A stretch of 64,000 nucleotides of DNA from Eledone cirrhosa. Its lineage: Eukaryota. Below, piece by piece: positions 26,732 to 38,918 of this stretch (the stretch's first letter is position 1; each line of letters starts with the position of its first letter). Where the stretch lies: contig OZ024742.1 in the NCBI GenBank assembly GCA_964016885.1, forward strand, positions 340,566,001 to 340,630,000. The letters run 5' to 3'. The position numbers were made by a program, and so were the translations under genes. The notes under the pieces are model-generated. The model searched no databases and was not told the origin of the DNA. It saw only the letters and a program-made list of their open reading frames with translations.

Positions 26732-27015
26732 TTCTGTTAGACGATTGAAATTGTTTTGCCACAAAATTTTTAAAACAGGTTTTTCACCTCTGGGAGGGGT
26801 AAAGATGAGCTGACCCACCGCCTGACAGTTCAGACGGAGGGTCAAGCTACACAATTGTATCAAAATTAAATTTGAACTCCCAACATTTCCGCAATAAATT
26901 TGAACAAAACTTCTGCGCGAAGTGAATTACATCGACACTGTAGAACAGACGACAGCTAGATTGAAATATAGATAGATAGATAGATAGATTTACATGAATG
27001 TATATGTGTGTGTGT

Positions 27016-27074
<59 letters not shown>

Positions 27075-27381
27075 CATATATATATATATATATAAATAAC
27101 TGTTTCTACTTTTATAATGAGAGAGAGAGAGAAAGAAAGAAAGAAAGAAAGAGGAAATGAGTGTGAGAGATTATACGCAGATATCAAACACATCTGGAAT
27201 TCTATAACATCAAATCTTATTGTTGTGTATACCTACACACACACACACATATGTGTGTATATACATACATATATATAAATATGTATGTATATATACATGT
27301 GTATGTAGGTATACACAACGATAAGGTTTGAAGTTACCTACATACACACACACATGTATATATCCATAGAAACATATATAA

Positions 27382-27426
<45 letters not shown>

Positions 27427-27954
27427 CAAGCAACAACGTCCTTCAAATATAAACCATAAGCCTAACTGTTAAATCAGCCGGGGTTAGATTATTCAGTGAG
27501 TGTAGATTGCTAGTAAATCCTTTATTCCTCTCACTATTATTGTACTTAATAATTAATACCATGGAGATTCGCTTGAACGAATCTTTCAACAGGTCTTGCT
27601 TGTTCAAGTCATTGTCATCTTTTCCGCTCTATTTTCCTTCTTATTCTTCGTTGAATTTTCTGCCTAAATATCACAGCTTTCTATTGGGAATTATTCATTG
27701 TTGTTGTTGCTGTTATGTTGTTTGTGTTGTTGTTTAGTACCAGGTTAGTAACCGTTATTGAACAATTCAATATAATCATAGATGTTCCGGCTTTGACCTG
27801 CCTATATATATTTTTTTATTTTTACATTTTTTTTGTTTGTTTGTTTTTTTTTCAGACAAAGCTGCCCTCATTGTATTACAGGTACAGTCGATTTCACAGA
27901 CTTCCAAAGTGTTTCCGTCTCCCCAATTTTACCAAGAGCATGGCAAATAACAGA

Positions 27955-28320
27955 TGCCCCATATCATGATCGAACTCAGGACTTAGTGATTATGAAGTAA
28001 ACTTCTTAACCATACCGCCATACTTTTTACACATATTTCCATAGATATTAATATAAAATGACAATCTAAATAAATATACCAGGTAGTGCGATCGAACCTG
28101 GGACCTAATGACTACGAAGCAAACATCTTTTCTATTCGGCTATTCTGCCTTATCACGTTTTCATGGATATTCATATAAAATGACAAATTGAATGAAAAAT
28201 GCCACGTAGTGAGATGGAGTTGGGAACCTAATGATTGTGAAAGGAACTTCTTAAACATTCAGTCCTGCTGTGTCCAGACGTTACCATAGATATTTATATA
28301 AGATGACAAATTAGATTACA
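27955..28320 (-). repeat. About 3 diverged ~120-bp tandem units each containing a tRNA-like SINE head
   Basis: GATCGAAC(T/C)..GGAC.TA.TGA.TA.GAAG...CATAGATATT.ATATAAAATGACAA recurs near 27968, 28090 and 28212; related segment at 30088-30148. Confidence 0.6.
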
Positions 28321-28687
28321 ATTGTCAGCGAAGAATCACTGAGAGACCCGCATTGTATGACTAACTTACTCAAAGGTTGAAAGGCCTTTTGTTATAAAGT
28401 GATTATTCTGTTTGTTGAGACTGGAACAGTGTTATTTGCTTTGTTGAGCGTTTCTATAAGTGTTTTCTTCTATACTAAAGTAATCCTTCGAGCTTTGAAC
28501 TACTCCGCACTTTTTTTATTGGGTAAAGTCATGTTTCTTTTGAACTCAACAATTGAATCAAGTTTGAGACGTGACATAAGGATATCTGAGCTCCGTATTT
28601 TGTTTTGTATTATTATTATTATCATAATTTTTATTTTTTAGTTCATTTACATTTATGTATGCGGTTGAGACAGAGATACATAGGCAG

Positions 28688-28758
<71 letters not shown>

Positions 28759-28760
<2 letters not shown>

Positions 28761-28960
28761 TTTCTGCTTTAGGTACAAGGTCAACAATTTTATTTTTGGG
28801 GGAGGTGAAAGTCGATTAAATTGACCCCATTGTGGGACTGGTAATTTTTATTTTATAGACCCCGCAAGGATGAAAGGCAAAGCTCACCTCGACGGGATTT
28901 GAAACGAGAAGATACGTAACTCTCTACCGCAAAGGATGATGTCCCACGCCCAACCGATAC
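28759..28960 (-). mobile_element. tRNA-derived SINE (same family as 5586-6418)
   Basis: GACCCCGCAAGGATGAAAGGCAAAG...GGGATTTGAA. Confidence 0.75.
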
Positions 28961-29408
28961 TGCTAATGAACGTAACCGTTCGCTGAAACAATTTGGTTTT
29001 AGTCCCTTAAAAAAGGCCACTCTACCAACTTCCTAGTTTCCAAACTATGCCGGGATAACAGAGCTTGTGGTACATTAATCCCACGATAAACCCCAGGGAA
29101 GCCCTTCGCAAAGTCCAACAAATACATCAACATTTATTTGATTAACTAGCTAGCTTAATATCTGGCCATAATGATTCGACAGCAAATATGTAAGGACTGG
29201 CTGATAAATATTTTTTTAAGCTGTTAAAATTTAATATGAATATTATGGAAACTCCTTCGCTTTCGACGATGATCATCCCGTTCGTAAATAACCGTGTATG
29301 AAACTGAGTATTCCATAAACACGTGTAGCCTTGACATGCCAAATCGGTGTGGTACAATATGGGACAAGACTTGACCATTTAATCACGGGTAAAATCTCTC
29401 ATTATAAA

Positions 29409-29597
29409 GGGCGGTGAATTGGCAGTATTGGTAGAGGGCTGAATGCCATGCTTTCTAGCATAGTTACGTCCCTTTACGGTCTGAGTTCAAATCCCGCCGA
29501 GCTTAACTTTGCCTTACATCCTTACGGGGTCGATAAAATAAGGTACCAGTAATACACTTGGTAATTGCTGGCCTTGTGCCAAAATAGAAACAATTAT
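29409..29597 (+). mobile_element. tRNA-derived SINE, full length
   Basis: Complete family unit from GGGCGGTGAATTGG to AGAAACAATTA. Confidence 0.85.
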
Positions 29598-29675
29598 AAT
29601 GTAAGTGGTTGAGTATTCCACGGATGTATGTAGCTTTGACTTACTGTAATTCGCAAACCGAATTAATATGACATA

Positions 29676-30009
29676 ATTCAAGGGTCAACTTGATAGTTCA
29701 TAGGCTGACCAAGATACTCTTATGCAATGACCAAATGAGGTTTATTTTCCAACATAGTCCGTGGAAAGAAATAATGCAGTAATTATTAAGAAGAGTTGAA
29801 ATTAATGCATGCAAATTTCACAGCTCTAGCATCACTCCTTCATAGGCTGACCAAGATACTCTTATAAAATGACCAATCGAGGTTTATTTTTCAACATAGT
29901 CCGTGGAAAAAAGCAATCAGTTATTAATAAGAAGGGTTGAAGAAGATTTCACAGCACTAGCATCAATCTTTCATAGTCAGTCTATGAACTTTTTAACATA
30001 CCATCGTAT
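29676..30009. mobile_element. Mariner-type MITE with an internal ~140-bp direct duplication
   Basis: Inverted ends AGTTCATAGGCTGAC and GTCAGTCTATGAACTTTTT...ATCGTA; TTCATAGGCTGACCAAGATACTCTTAT repeated at about 29697 and 29839. Confidence 0.55.
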
Positions 30010-30666
30010 ATGACAAGGCTTGAATTATAGGTACAATCAATCCTACGGAGTTTCACGGAGTTTCTGGCTACCCCAATCCACTCACAGTGGGATCGAAACC
30101 GAGACTCCGTGACTGTGAAGTGAACTTCTTAACCACTCTGTCATGCCTGAGTTCACCTTTTGTTTTGACATGTTTAATGTAAAGCGATAGGTTTGTCAGA
30201 TATTTTGCTAAACACAAATATTATAGTAGTTTTTTATTACACTTATTATATACTTGATTATATTCGCGTTAAACTAAAATAAAGACTAAAATTATTCTAA
30301 TATATTGATTAAAGTCATTTGTGCTATTGTATTGCAGTTTATTTCATCATGGAATTTAATATTTATTTATTCTAAATTTAGCTTTCATCAGCAATAGAAG
30401 TGAAATAATTGTAAAAGTATTATAAATAAAATACTACTGAATATCAAATACTATATTAAGGAATATTGTTCTTTTGAGCTTCGAACAAAAAGATAACGAT
30501 TTCTTTAAAGAGTTCAATATTTGAGAATTAAAAAATTATTAATGGTTTCTTTAATTCAAATCGATATTTTGTATTTTATTTAAGAATAATGTCTAATGTA
30601 ATTCCTAACATAGCCTCATCCATGACTGTTTGGTTAACAAGCTCCTTTACACACTTTCTTACTATA

Positions 30667-30845
30667 TACGAGAGGGTGCTGAAAAGTTCCTGGTGAAATG
30701 GTAGAGTTGTTACCTTTACAGGGGAGGTAGGGTCGTTGCAATAGTGTGTGAATCTGAGAGAGAAATATGTTGAATAAAATCATAATTAACTAACGCTCCT
30801 GAATTTTCTTTTACCCCAAACAAGAAACTTTTAAGCCCCCTCCCC
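30667..30845. mobile_element. Mariner-type MITE remnant
   Basis: TACGAGAGGGTGCTGAAAAGTTCCT at left and AGAAACTTTTAAGCCCCCTC at right form an imperfect TIR pair. Confidence 0.5.
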
Positions 30846-31007
30846 CTCCTAGCTTTGGTTTTCCTTCTCCTCTGCGGTATCTGTGTCTTCTATTATATCT
30901 TCGAATTGACCAACCCTGTGTATCCTTCTTTCCGCTATTCACCATCAAACACATTAGTATCACCACTGACATAATATATTACTGGCAAATATTATTAATA
31001 GTAACAA

Positions 31008-31200
31008 GGGCGGTGGATTGGCAGTATCGGTAGAGGGTCGGACGCCATGCTTTGCAACATAGAGTTACGGCCTTTTATGATCTGAGTTCAAATCCCGCCG
31101 AGGTTAACTTTGCCTTTCATCCTTACAGGGTCGATAAAATAAAGTACCAGTAATGTACTGGGTAATTGCTGGCCTTGTGCCTAAAGTAGAAACAATTATT
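31008..31200 (+). mobile_element. tRNA-derived SINE, full length
   Basis: Best-preserved complete unit of the family. Confidence 0.88.
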
Positions 31201-31831
31201 AATAGTAACAACTAAATAACATCACCAATAACTTGTGAATGAAATTTTGTAGACGGAAACTGTTAAAAGGTCTGCCGATTGTTTCTTTAATCATGGTCGA
31301 TTGCTCCATATTGGTGGTGTAATTCTGCTATATTAAGCATTACCGCTAACCCCAGCTTGTCTGTCACAGCTGCTGTCTTTTTCTGACCAATTAGCAGTTA
31401 ATGGCACACGTGGGATACCTACACCGATTTCAAAATATAGTAATAAGGTCGATTTTCGGAAATATGATTGCTGGCCGATGAGAATTCTCTTGTCCGGAAT
31501 TTGCTGGATATGGATTTATTATTAATCGATGACCAGCGATTTCTCAACGGGGTTTGAAACAGCACTGTACCAGCTTGGACGTGGAGTTTTGTACTCCGGC
31601 AGACTTTGGTTTGCTTCAATAAGAGGAAACTGTCTGTTTCAATTGATGAAATTGTGAGTACTTTGAAGTTTTCATGTGTTAATCAGTCGATACAATAATT
31701 ACACTAGTTTCATATCTTAGGCGTCTGGCTGGGAATGTTGTTTTACAATTAATCCTAAGCGTGAGCTCCAAAAGAATTTATTGAGCAAATTGTAAACAGC
31801 GAGATTGAAAACATTGGATATCAATCTAAAT

Positions 31832-31871
<40 letters not shown>

Positions 31872-32236
31872 TTTTTCGAAGTTTTTTATATGAAATCGTG
31901 TGTCGAAACAAATATTGTTATACTACCAAAGATGGCGTAGGCAGTAAATGCAAAGGGAGGAAACATAACAGCACCACTGACGATGTTGCAGATGTGCAAC
32001 GAAAGAACTTTGTTAGACTATATATATATGTGTTTGTGTCTATATTGTATCTGTATTTTTGACCGTTGGTCAGTCAATGGTAACATTGAGGACCGAATAA
32101 ATTAAATTAACCGATATAAAAGACACAGGAGCGAAAACCAACCAAACAGTGAGTGTGTTCTGTTATTAATTCTGGCAATATTATTACAACAATATGACCC
32201 TCCCCAAGTATAACAATATATATATATATATATATT

Positions 32237-32357
<121 letters not shown>

Positions 32358-32418
32358 TGTGTGTGTGTGCGTGTGTGTGTGTGTAATTATTATCATTTTA
32401 TTAAGGCTAAATAGTGAG

Positions 32419-32469
32419 TCTTGTTACTCTGGGGTTTCGCCTGTTTATAAACAGGCTCATCAGACAAGA
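32419..32469 (-). ncRNA. Type I hammerhead ribozyme motif, canonical core
   Basis: Minus strand: tcttgt-CTGATGA-gcctgttt at aaacaggc-GAAA-c cccaga g-TA-acaaga. Perfect 6-bp stem I and long stem II; lies in inverted repeat 32393-32438/32504-32549. Confidence 0.8.
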
Positions 32470-32737
32470 ACGGTACTTTCTGATGACCCTGTGTTAAACA
32501 TGTGAAACTCCAGAGTAACAAGACTCATTACTTAACTTTAATAAAATGAATATTAAAACTCTACTTTGGTATTGAGTACTCCTTTCTACCAGATACCAAC
32601 CACATATGTAAATATGTATATATATTGAAAAAGTCATTGAAAAATAAGTTCTAATTTCGACATGAGGTGCTCCATCATAACCGCACTCTATCTAAAACCA
32701 GTAAAATAATAAGAAATAAAGTAATAATAATTATATA

Positions 32738-32925
32738 TGTTTCTACTTTTCTGGCACAAGGCCAGCAATTACCCAGTGCATTACTGGTACTTTATTTTAT
32801 CGACCCCGTAATGAATCAAGGCAAAGTTAACCCCGACGGGATTTGAACTCAGACCGTAAAGGGACGTAACTATGCTAGAAAGCATGGCGTCCATCCCTCT
32901 ACCGATGCTGCCAATCCACCGCCAC
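32738..32925 (-). mobile_element. tRNA-derived SINE
   Basis: Reverse complement of the family unit. Confidence 0.85.
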
Positions 32926-32928
32926 CAA

Positions 32929-32969
<41 letters not shown>

Positions 32970-33309
32970 ATATATAGTAGTTCCAGGGCTTGATACAATT
33001 CAAGGGAGATAACTCAATCTCGCCAATCTAAAATAACAATGTGTGGCCTTTTTTCCGAGCTTTAATATAAAACGTAAATATTATCGTTGCTGTTATTTCT
33101 TTTGTAAAATAACACCACATCCCTTTCCAATGTCGCTCTACGTATCCTTGCCGATTTAATAAATGATTAGCAACCACTTTAATCCGGCAGTTATCAGTTG
33201 ATCTCGCATTTCCTCCCTCATCCTGTTTGTTATTCTCATCAACTGTCAGCCACACCCTGACAAATCATCCATTACGAACAGATATGTAATAAAAAAAGAA
33301 AAAAAACAC

Positions 33310-33321
33310 AGCCACCACCAT

Positions 33322-33371
<50 letters not shown>

Positions 33372-33387
33372 ATACTACTACTAATAG

Positions 33388-33449
<62 letters not shown>

Positions 33450-36400
33450 CCACCACCACCACTACTACTATTATTACTACTAACACCACAACAATTACCA
33501 ACAACAATAACATAAAAACAATCATTACTTCATACACCTCAACCACCCTAACGATCACCATCACCACAACCACCACAAACATAACACCACCATCACCATC
33601 ACCACAATCGCCACAAACATAACACCACCATCACCACCACCACAACTACAACAACAACAATCACCCTAACCACACCTAACGAAAACAAAACATCCAGCTT
33701 CCATCCCATCAAAACCACCACTACAACCACCACAGACCAAACCACCACCAATACCAACACTTCTACCACGAACAAAACCACCACTACAACCACCACAGAC
33801 CAAACCACCACCACTACAACCACCACAGACCAAACCATCACCAATACCAACACTTCTACCACGAACAAAACGACAACTACAACCACCAATACCAACACTA
33901 AAACCACAGACCAAACCACCACCACTACAACCACCACAGACCAAACTACCACCAATACCAACACTAAAACCACAGACCAAACCACCACCACTACAACCAC
34001 CACAGACCAAACCACCACCAATACCAACACTAAAACCACAGACCAAACCACCACCAATACCAACACTAAAACCACAGACCAAACCACCACCACTACAACC
34101 AACACAGACCAAACCACCACCAATACCAACTCTTCTACCACGAACAAAACCACCACTACAACCACCACAGTCCAAACCACCACCAATACCAACACTTCTA
34201 CCACGAACAAAACCACCACTACAACCACCACCGACCAAACCACCACCAATACCAACACTACTGCCACGAACAAAACCACCACTACAACCACCACAGTCCA
34301 AACCACCACCAATACCAACACTTCTACCACGAACAAAACCACAACTACAACCATCACCAATACCAACACTACTACCACGAACAAAACCACCACTACAATC
34401 ACCACAGTCCAAACCACCACCAATACCAACACTTCTACCACGAACAAAACCACAACTACAACCATCACCAATACCAACACTACTACCACGAACAAAACCA
34501 CCACTACAACCACCACAGTCCAAACCACCACCAATACCAACACTTCTACCACGAACAAAACCACCACTACAACCACCACCAATACCAACACTACTACCAC
34601 AAACAAAACCACCACTACAACCACCACCGACCAAACCACCACCAATACCAACACTACTACCACGAACAAAACCACCACTACAACAACCACAGACCAAACC
34701 ACCACCACTACAACCACCACAGACCAAACCACAACCAATACCAACACTTCTACCACGAACAAAACCACAACTACAACCACCACCAATACCAACACTTCTA
34801 CCACGAACAAAACCACAACTACAACCACCACCAATACCAACACTACTACCACAAACAAAACCACCACTACAACCACCACCGACCAAACCACCACCAATAC
34901 CAACACTACTACCACGAACAAAACCACCACTACAACCACCACAGACCAAACCACCACCAATACCAACACTACCACAACGAACAAAACCACCACTACAACC
35001 ACCGCAGACCAAACCACCACCAATACTAACACTACTACAACGAACAAAACCACCACTACAACCCCCACAGACCAAACCACCACCAATACCAACACTTCTA
35101 CCACGAACAAAACCACCACTACAACCACCACCAATACCAACACTACCACCACAGCCAAACCACCACTACAACCACCAGAGACCAAACCACCACCAATACC
35201 AACATTACTACCACGAACAAAACAACCACTACAACCACCACAGACCAAACTACCACCAATACTAACACAACTACCACGAACAAAACCACCACTACAACCA
35301 CCACAGACCAAACTACCACCACTAAAACCACCACCAATACCAACACTACTACCACCAACAAAACCACCACTACAACCACCACCGACCAAACCACCACCAA
35401 TACCAACACTACCACAACGAACAAAACCACCACTACAACCACCACAGACCAAACCACCACCAATACTAACACTATCTACCACGAACAAAACCACCACTAC
35501 AACCACCACAGACCAAACCACCACCAATACCAACACTTCTACCACGAACAAAACCACCACTACAACCACCACAGACCAAACTACCACCAATACCAACACT
35601 ACCACCACAGACCAAACCAGCACCACTACAACCACCACAGTCCAAACTACCACCAATACCAACAATTCTACCACGAACAAAACCACAACTACAACCACCA
35701 CAGACCAAACCACCACCAATACCAACACTACTACCACGAACAAAACCACAACTACAACCACCACAGACCAAACCACCACCAATACCAACACTACCACCAC
35801 AGACCAAACCAGCACCACTACAACCACCACAGTCCAAACTACCACCAATACCAACAATTCTACCACGAACAAAACCACCACTACAACCACCACAGTCCAA
35901 ACCACCACCAATACCAACACTTCTACCACGAACAAAACCACAACTACAACCACCACCAATACCAACACTTCTACCACGAACAAAACCACAACTACAACCA
36001 CCACCAATACCAACACTACTACCACAAACAAAACCACCACTACAACCACCACCGACCAAACCACCACCAATACCAACACTACTACCACGAACAAAACCAC
36101 CACTACAACAACCACAGACCAAACCACCACCACTACAACCACCACAGACCAAATCACAACCAATACCAACACTTCTACCACGAACAAAACCACAACTACA
36201 ACCACAACCAATACCAACACTTCTACCACGAACAAAACCACAACTACAACCACCACCAATACCAACACTTCTACCACGAACAAAACCACAACTACAACCA
36301 CCACCAATACCAACACTACTACCACAAACAAAACCACCACTACAACCACCACCGACCAAACCACCACCAATACCAACACTACTACCACGAACAAAACCAC

Positions 36401-36990
36401 CACTACAACAACCACAGACCAAACCACCACCACTACAACCACCACAGACCAAACCACCACCAATACCAACACTACTACCACGAACAAAACCACCACTACA
36501 ACCACCACAGACCAAACCACCACCAATACCAACACTACCACAACGAACAAAACCACCACTACAACCACCGCAGACCAAACCACCACCAATACTAACACTA
36601 CTACAACGAACAAAACCACCACTACAACCCCCACAGACCAAACCACCACCAATACCAACACTTCTACCACGAACAAAACCACCACTACAACCACCACTGA
36701 CCAAACCGCCACCAATACCAACACTTCTACCACGAACAAAACCACCACTACAACCACCACCAATACCAACACTACCACCACAGCCAAACCACCACTACAA
36801 CCACCAGAGACCAAACCACCACCAATACCAACATTACTACCACGAACAAAACAACCACTACAACCACCACAGACCAAACTACCACCACTACAACCACCAC
36901 CAATACCAACATTTCTACCACGAACAAAACCACAACTACAACCACCACAGACCAAACAACCACCAATACCAACAGTACTACCACGAACAT
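33310..36990. repeat. (ACT)n run followed by a 63-bp-based minisatellite with module variants
   Basis: Unit ACCACCACTACAACCACCACAGACCAAACCACCACCAATACCAACACTTCTACCACGAACAAA; a marker variant at 35142 recurs at 36771. Confidence 0.93.
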
Positions 36991-37064
36991 TTTTGCATTT
37001 ACCCCCTTTTTAGGGGGTAAAATAAATATCTATTTTTTTGCCGAAAAATTTCTTTCTTGGCAGC

Positions 37065-38913
37065 ATGGCGGAAAAGATGGCAGACATGTCTGCCATTAGC
37101 TCTGCCACGCCCCCCAAGTCTGAAGAACAAAAAATAATTACAACAAAATTAGACAACGAAACAAACAAGGAAAATGAAAAAACAAATGTTAAGGAAAATG
37201 AGCAAACGGAAAACAAACAAACAGAAAATAATACAAATAACAACAGGGCAAATTTCGCCCAGAAAACAAAACAATCCATAACATACACACCAATTGACTT
37301 AACTGCCGCCAGAGAAAAACTGGCCGAAGCGAAAAAACAAATAGTCTTGGGGGAGAACGGAATGTTTTCCATTAACTCCGCCCCCCCCCCCCCCAGAATT
37401 CAAGAAAGCCAGAACAGAGAACACAGTTCTCTTCAGAACTATACTGAACCAAACAAGAAAGCCAGCACAGCCCAGCCAAATGGAAATAGAGTTGGTCCTA
37501 AAAGACTAAATGAAGAATATTCTCTTCATACGAAAGGACCGACTCTATGGCAGCATTTCGGTCTTAACAAAAGACAAGGAAACGGCGGAGAAGCTTTCCC
37601 TAAGCCCACTCTCATCGACAACATACAGCTTCTATCCCTCCTACATGGGTAGAAGAACACAGAGAGTAAAAGTAAAAACAATGCTGCCCACAATGGACTT
37701 CTGGTGGGCTATTGCTGGCTTCATAGACATGGGCGAAGACACAATGCTGTCAATGGGGAAGGCAACTGGAGATGCGTTCCTGGGAATGGGCCTCGACATA
37801 CTAGTCCAAATGAGGCCCGAAAGAATAGCACAAATCCCGGATCGCATCTGGCTGGATGACCTTACCCCAATAGATATAATTGTAGAGGGGAGAAGACCAG
37901 CATGCTATTTATGCATGGAAAGGGGACACGTTAAGGCTAACTGCCCGAAACGTATCCCCCAAAAAGGACTATTGCCCACACCCACCACAAACAGTACACC
38001 AACACCACCCACCTCCAAAAATACACTAATACCACACACAGCAAACAAAATACAGACACCACCAACCACAAACACAACACAAACATCACCACCACCAGCA
38101 CCAAACACAAGCACGACACAAAAATCACCACCACCAACCACAACACAAACATCAGCACCACCATCACCAACCACAAGCACGACACAAACATTACCACCAC
38201 CACCACAAAACCCATTCCAAACAAATAATAAAAAAAACAGTAACAAATCTACCCCTCCCGCAAAAAAAAACCAACCACACAACACGTCCCTCCCACCTAG
38301 CGCTGAAGAGTTTCCCCCAACTTCTGAAGAAGAAGGAGGAGAAGCCTTCAGACAAGTTAAAAGAAAAAAAAGAAAACACACACCCAGCACACCACAAATA
38401 ACCCACACACAAACACCAACTCCAATCAAAAACACCCCACCCTCAACAAACAAAAATAAATCTGCGCCTCCCCTCTCCGAAACATTGACAGCATCACAAA
38501 AAAAGACGTTGCAATACACATATATAAATAAAGAAAACAAAAAACTAGTTCAATTAATAAACAATAACCCTATGGTGCAGACCGAAGGGCCAAACTTTAT
38601 CTCAACAGAGAACTTCACCCATTTAAAAATGATAAAGGTCCCTCTGGACCTTTATCGTTCCTTAAAAGAACAATTTAGACGGGACGTGAGCCCCCCCCCC
38701 CCCTGTTTAAAACCGTTAAATCGCGTCCTCTTGAAAGATTTCCCCATAACCGCCCCTCTCCCTGACACAACTCCAAATACCCCAACCCCACCACACACGG
38801 GTACCCCCACACCACCACAAAACATCCCTCCACCCAACACACCTGATGCCATGGAAATTACACAACCCGGAGAGGTAGGTGCTTTTCTTTCTTCACTTTC
38901 AACACCAAAATAG
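37065..38913 (+). pseudogene. ORF1 of copy 4 (frameshift at C run near 37385)
   Basis: CYLCMERGHVKANC; FIRKDRLYGS and FYPSYMG shared with copy 3. Confidence 0.87.
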
Positions 38914-38918
38914 ATCAA

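Larger units (their letters stand above)
21147..26962 (-). mobile_element. Tx1/L1-type retrotransposon copy 3, full length with 20-bp TSD
   Basis: GAAATATAGATAGATAGATA at 21127-21146 and 26963-26982; 5'UTR, ORF1, ORF2 and 3'UTR (AATAAAGAAA) all present. Confidence 0.95.

Noticed and set aside
31250-31620. Possible piggyBac-like transposase remnant on the minus strand (NYTTNM-GAIDH with a frameshift)
   Set aside because: Single short motif requiring a frameshift; not supportable without an HMM search.
33599-36955. 1118-aa Val-rich and GGCS-rich minus-strand ORFs
   Set aside because: Antisense reading of an A/C-rich minisatellite that lacks stops by composition; amino-acid character changes with frame.
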